A stretch of DNA of 63,917 nt, the filler included, from Catajapyx aquilonaris (Eukaryota): assembly GCA_000934665.2 (NCBI GenBank). It is 4 parts of 4 records of this genome, joined end to end, with 100 filler letters (N's around TTAATTAATTAA, not from the genome) between each part and the next. Parts side by side here need not be neighbours in the genome. Positions count along the whole stretch, not along the records: positions 49,052 to 63,917 come from KZ539715.1; 3 more parts are not named here. One strand, given 5' to 3'. How positions within the stretch are numbered: the stretch's first letter is position 1; each line of letters opens with the position of its first letter. The notes under the pieces were generated by a model, which was given only the letters and a program-made list of their open reading frames with translations, did no database searches and was not told the origin of the DNA. Below, one piece after another: positions 63,401 through 63,917 of the stretch. The position numbers and the translations under genes are program-made.

Positions 63401-63917
63401 ATTTTTGGAGCATTATGCACTTCATTATAGTGTTCAAGTTATTTACACTACGGTTGGACGGGTCTATAGGAAAGGAAAAGTAGGGCAGAAGAAAACGATA
63501 TGGGATACAAGTAGAATGTGGCGTGTAAATTATAGAATGGTATGAAATATCCATTCGCGGGGGAAAAAAAAAGCGCATGAACTTTGCGGTGAAATGTCAT
63601 CCTCAATTGCCACATTTTGATCTCCCATCTGATTCGATTACTTGTGACAAGCATTGCTGGGCTGAAGCGGGATCGGGTGACATTTTTCCGGGAAATCCTC
63701 ATTTTGGAGTCGGAATGGCGCCGTAATGGTACATCTTCCAGGAACAACCGAATTTCAGAAGCGCCATTTATTTATTTTTACGCAACTTACTGAGCACGAG
63801 CAAAGTTTCAATAGTCCACAAAAAGTAATGGCTGAAATGTAAAAAATAATAATACGAGTTTGTACAGTGAAACTGGATTTAATTGCTGAGAGTGGATGGT
63901 AACTCACAGGGGCAGTG

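Overview
This is repeat-rich eukaryotic DNA, most consistent with an insect or other arthropod draft assembly (GT-AG introns, tRNA-derived SINEs, many TIR transposons). It is four segments joined by artificial 100-nt N44-TTAATTAATTAA-N44 linkers. Host genes are all on the minus strand and partial: the last five exons of exportin-6 (XPO6), an ankyrin-repeat exon split by a CAC..GTG transposon, a multi-exon long coiled-coil gene that appears truncated by a stop codon, an orphan TRMT112-like terminal exon, and the last two exons of a WS/DGAT-family acyltransferase. There are also plus-strand RRP12 and LRR (FBXL-like) pseudogene fragments. Mobile DNA includes an intact long-TIR DD41D (rosa/Visitor-type) Tc1/mariner element, hAT, Tigger/pogo, Tc1, Kolobok-like and Sola-like remnants, LINE relics, modular SINEs that swap heads and tails, and several large palindromes. 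The last ~15 kb has no recognisable coding exon and few repeats. I found no CRISPR array, rRNA, bona fide tRNA gene or RNA-guided nuclease. All family assignments are from recalled motifs, not database searches.
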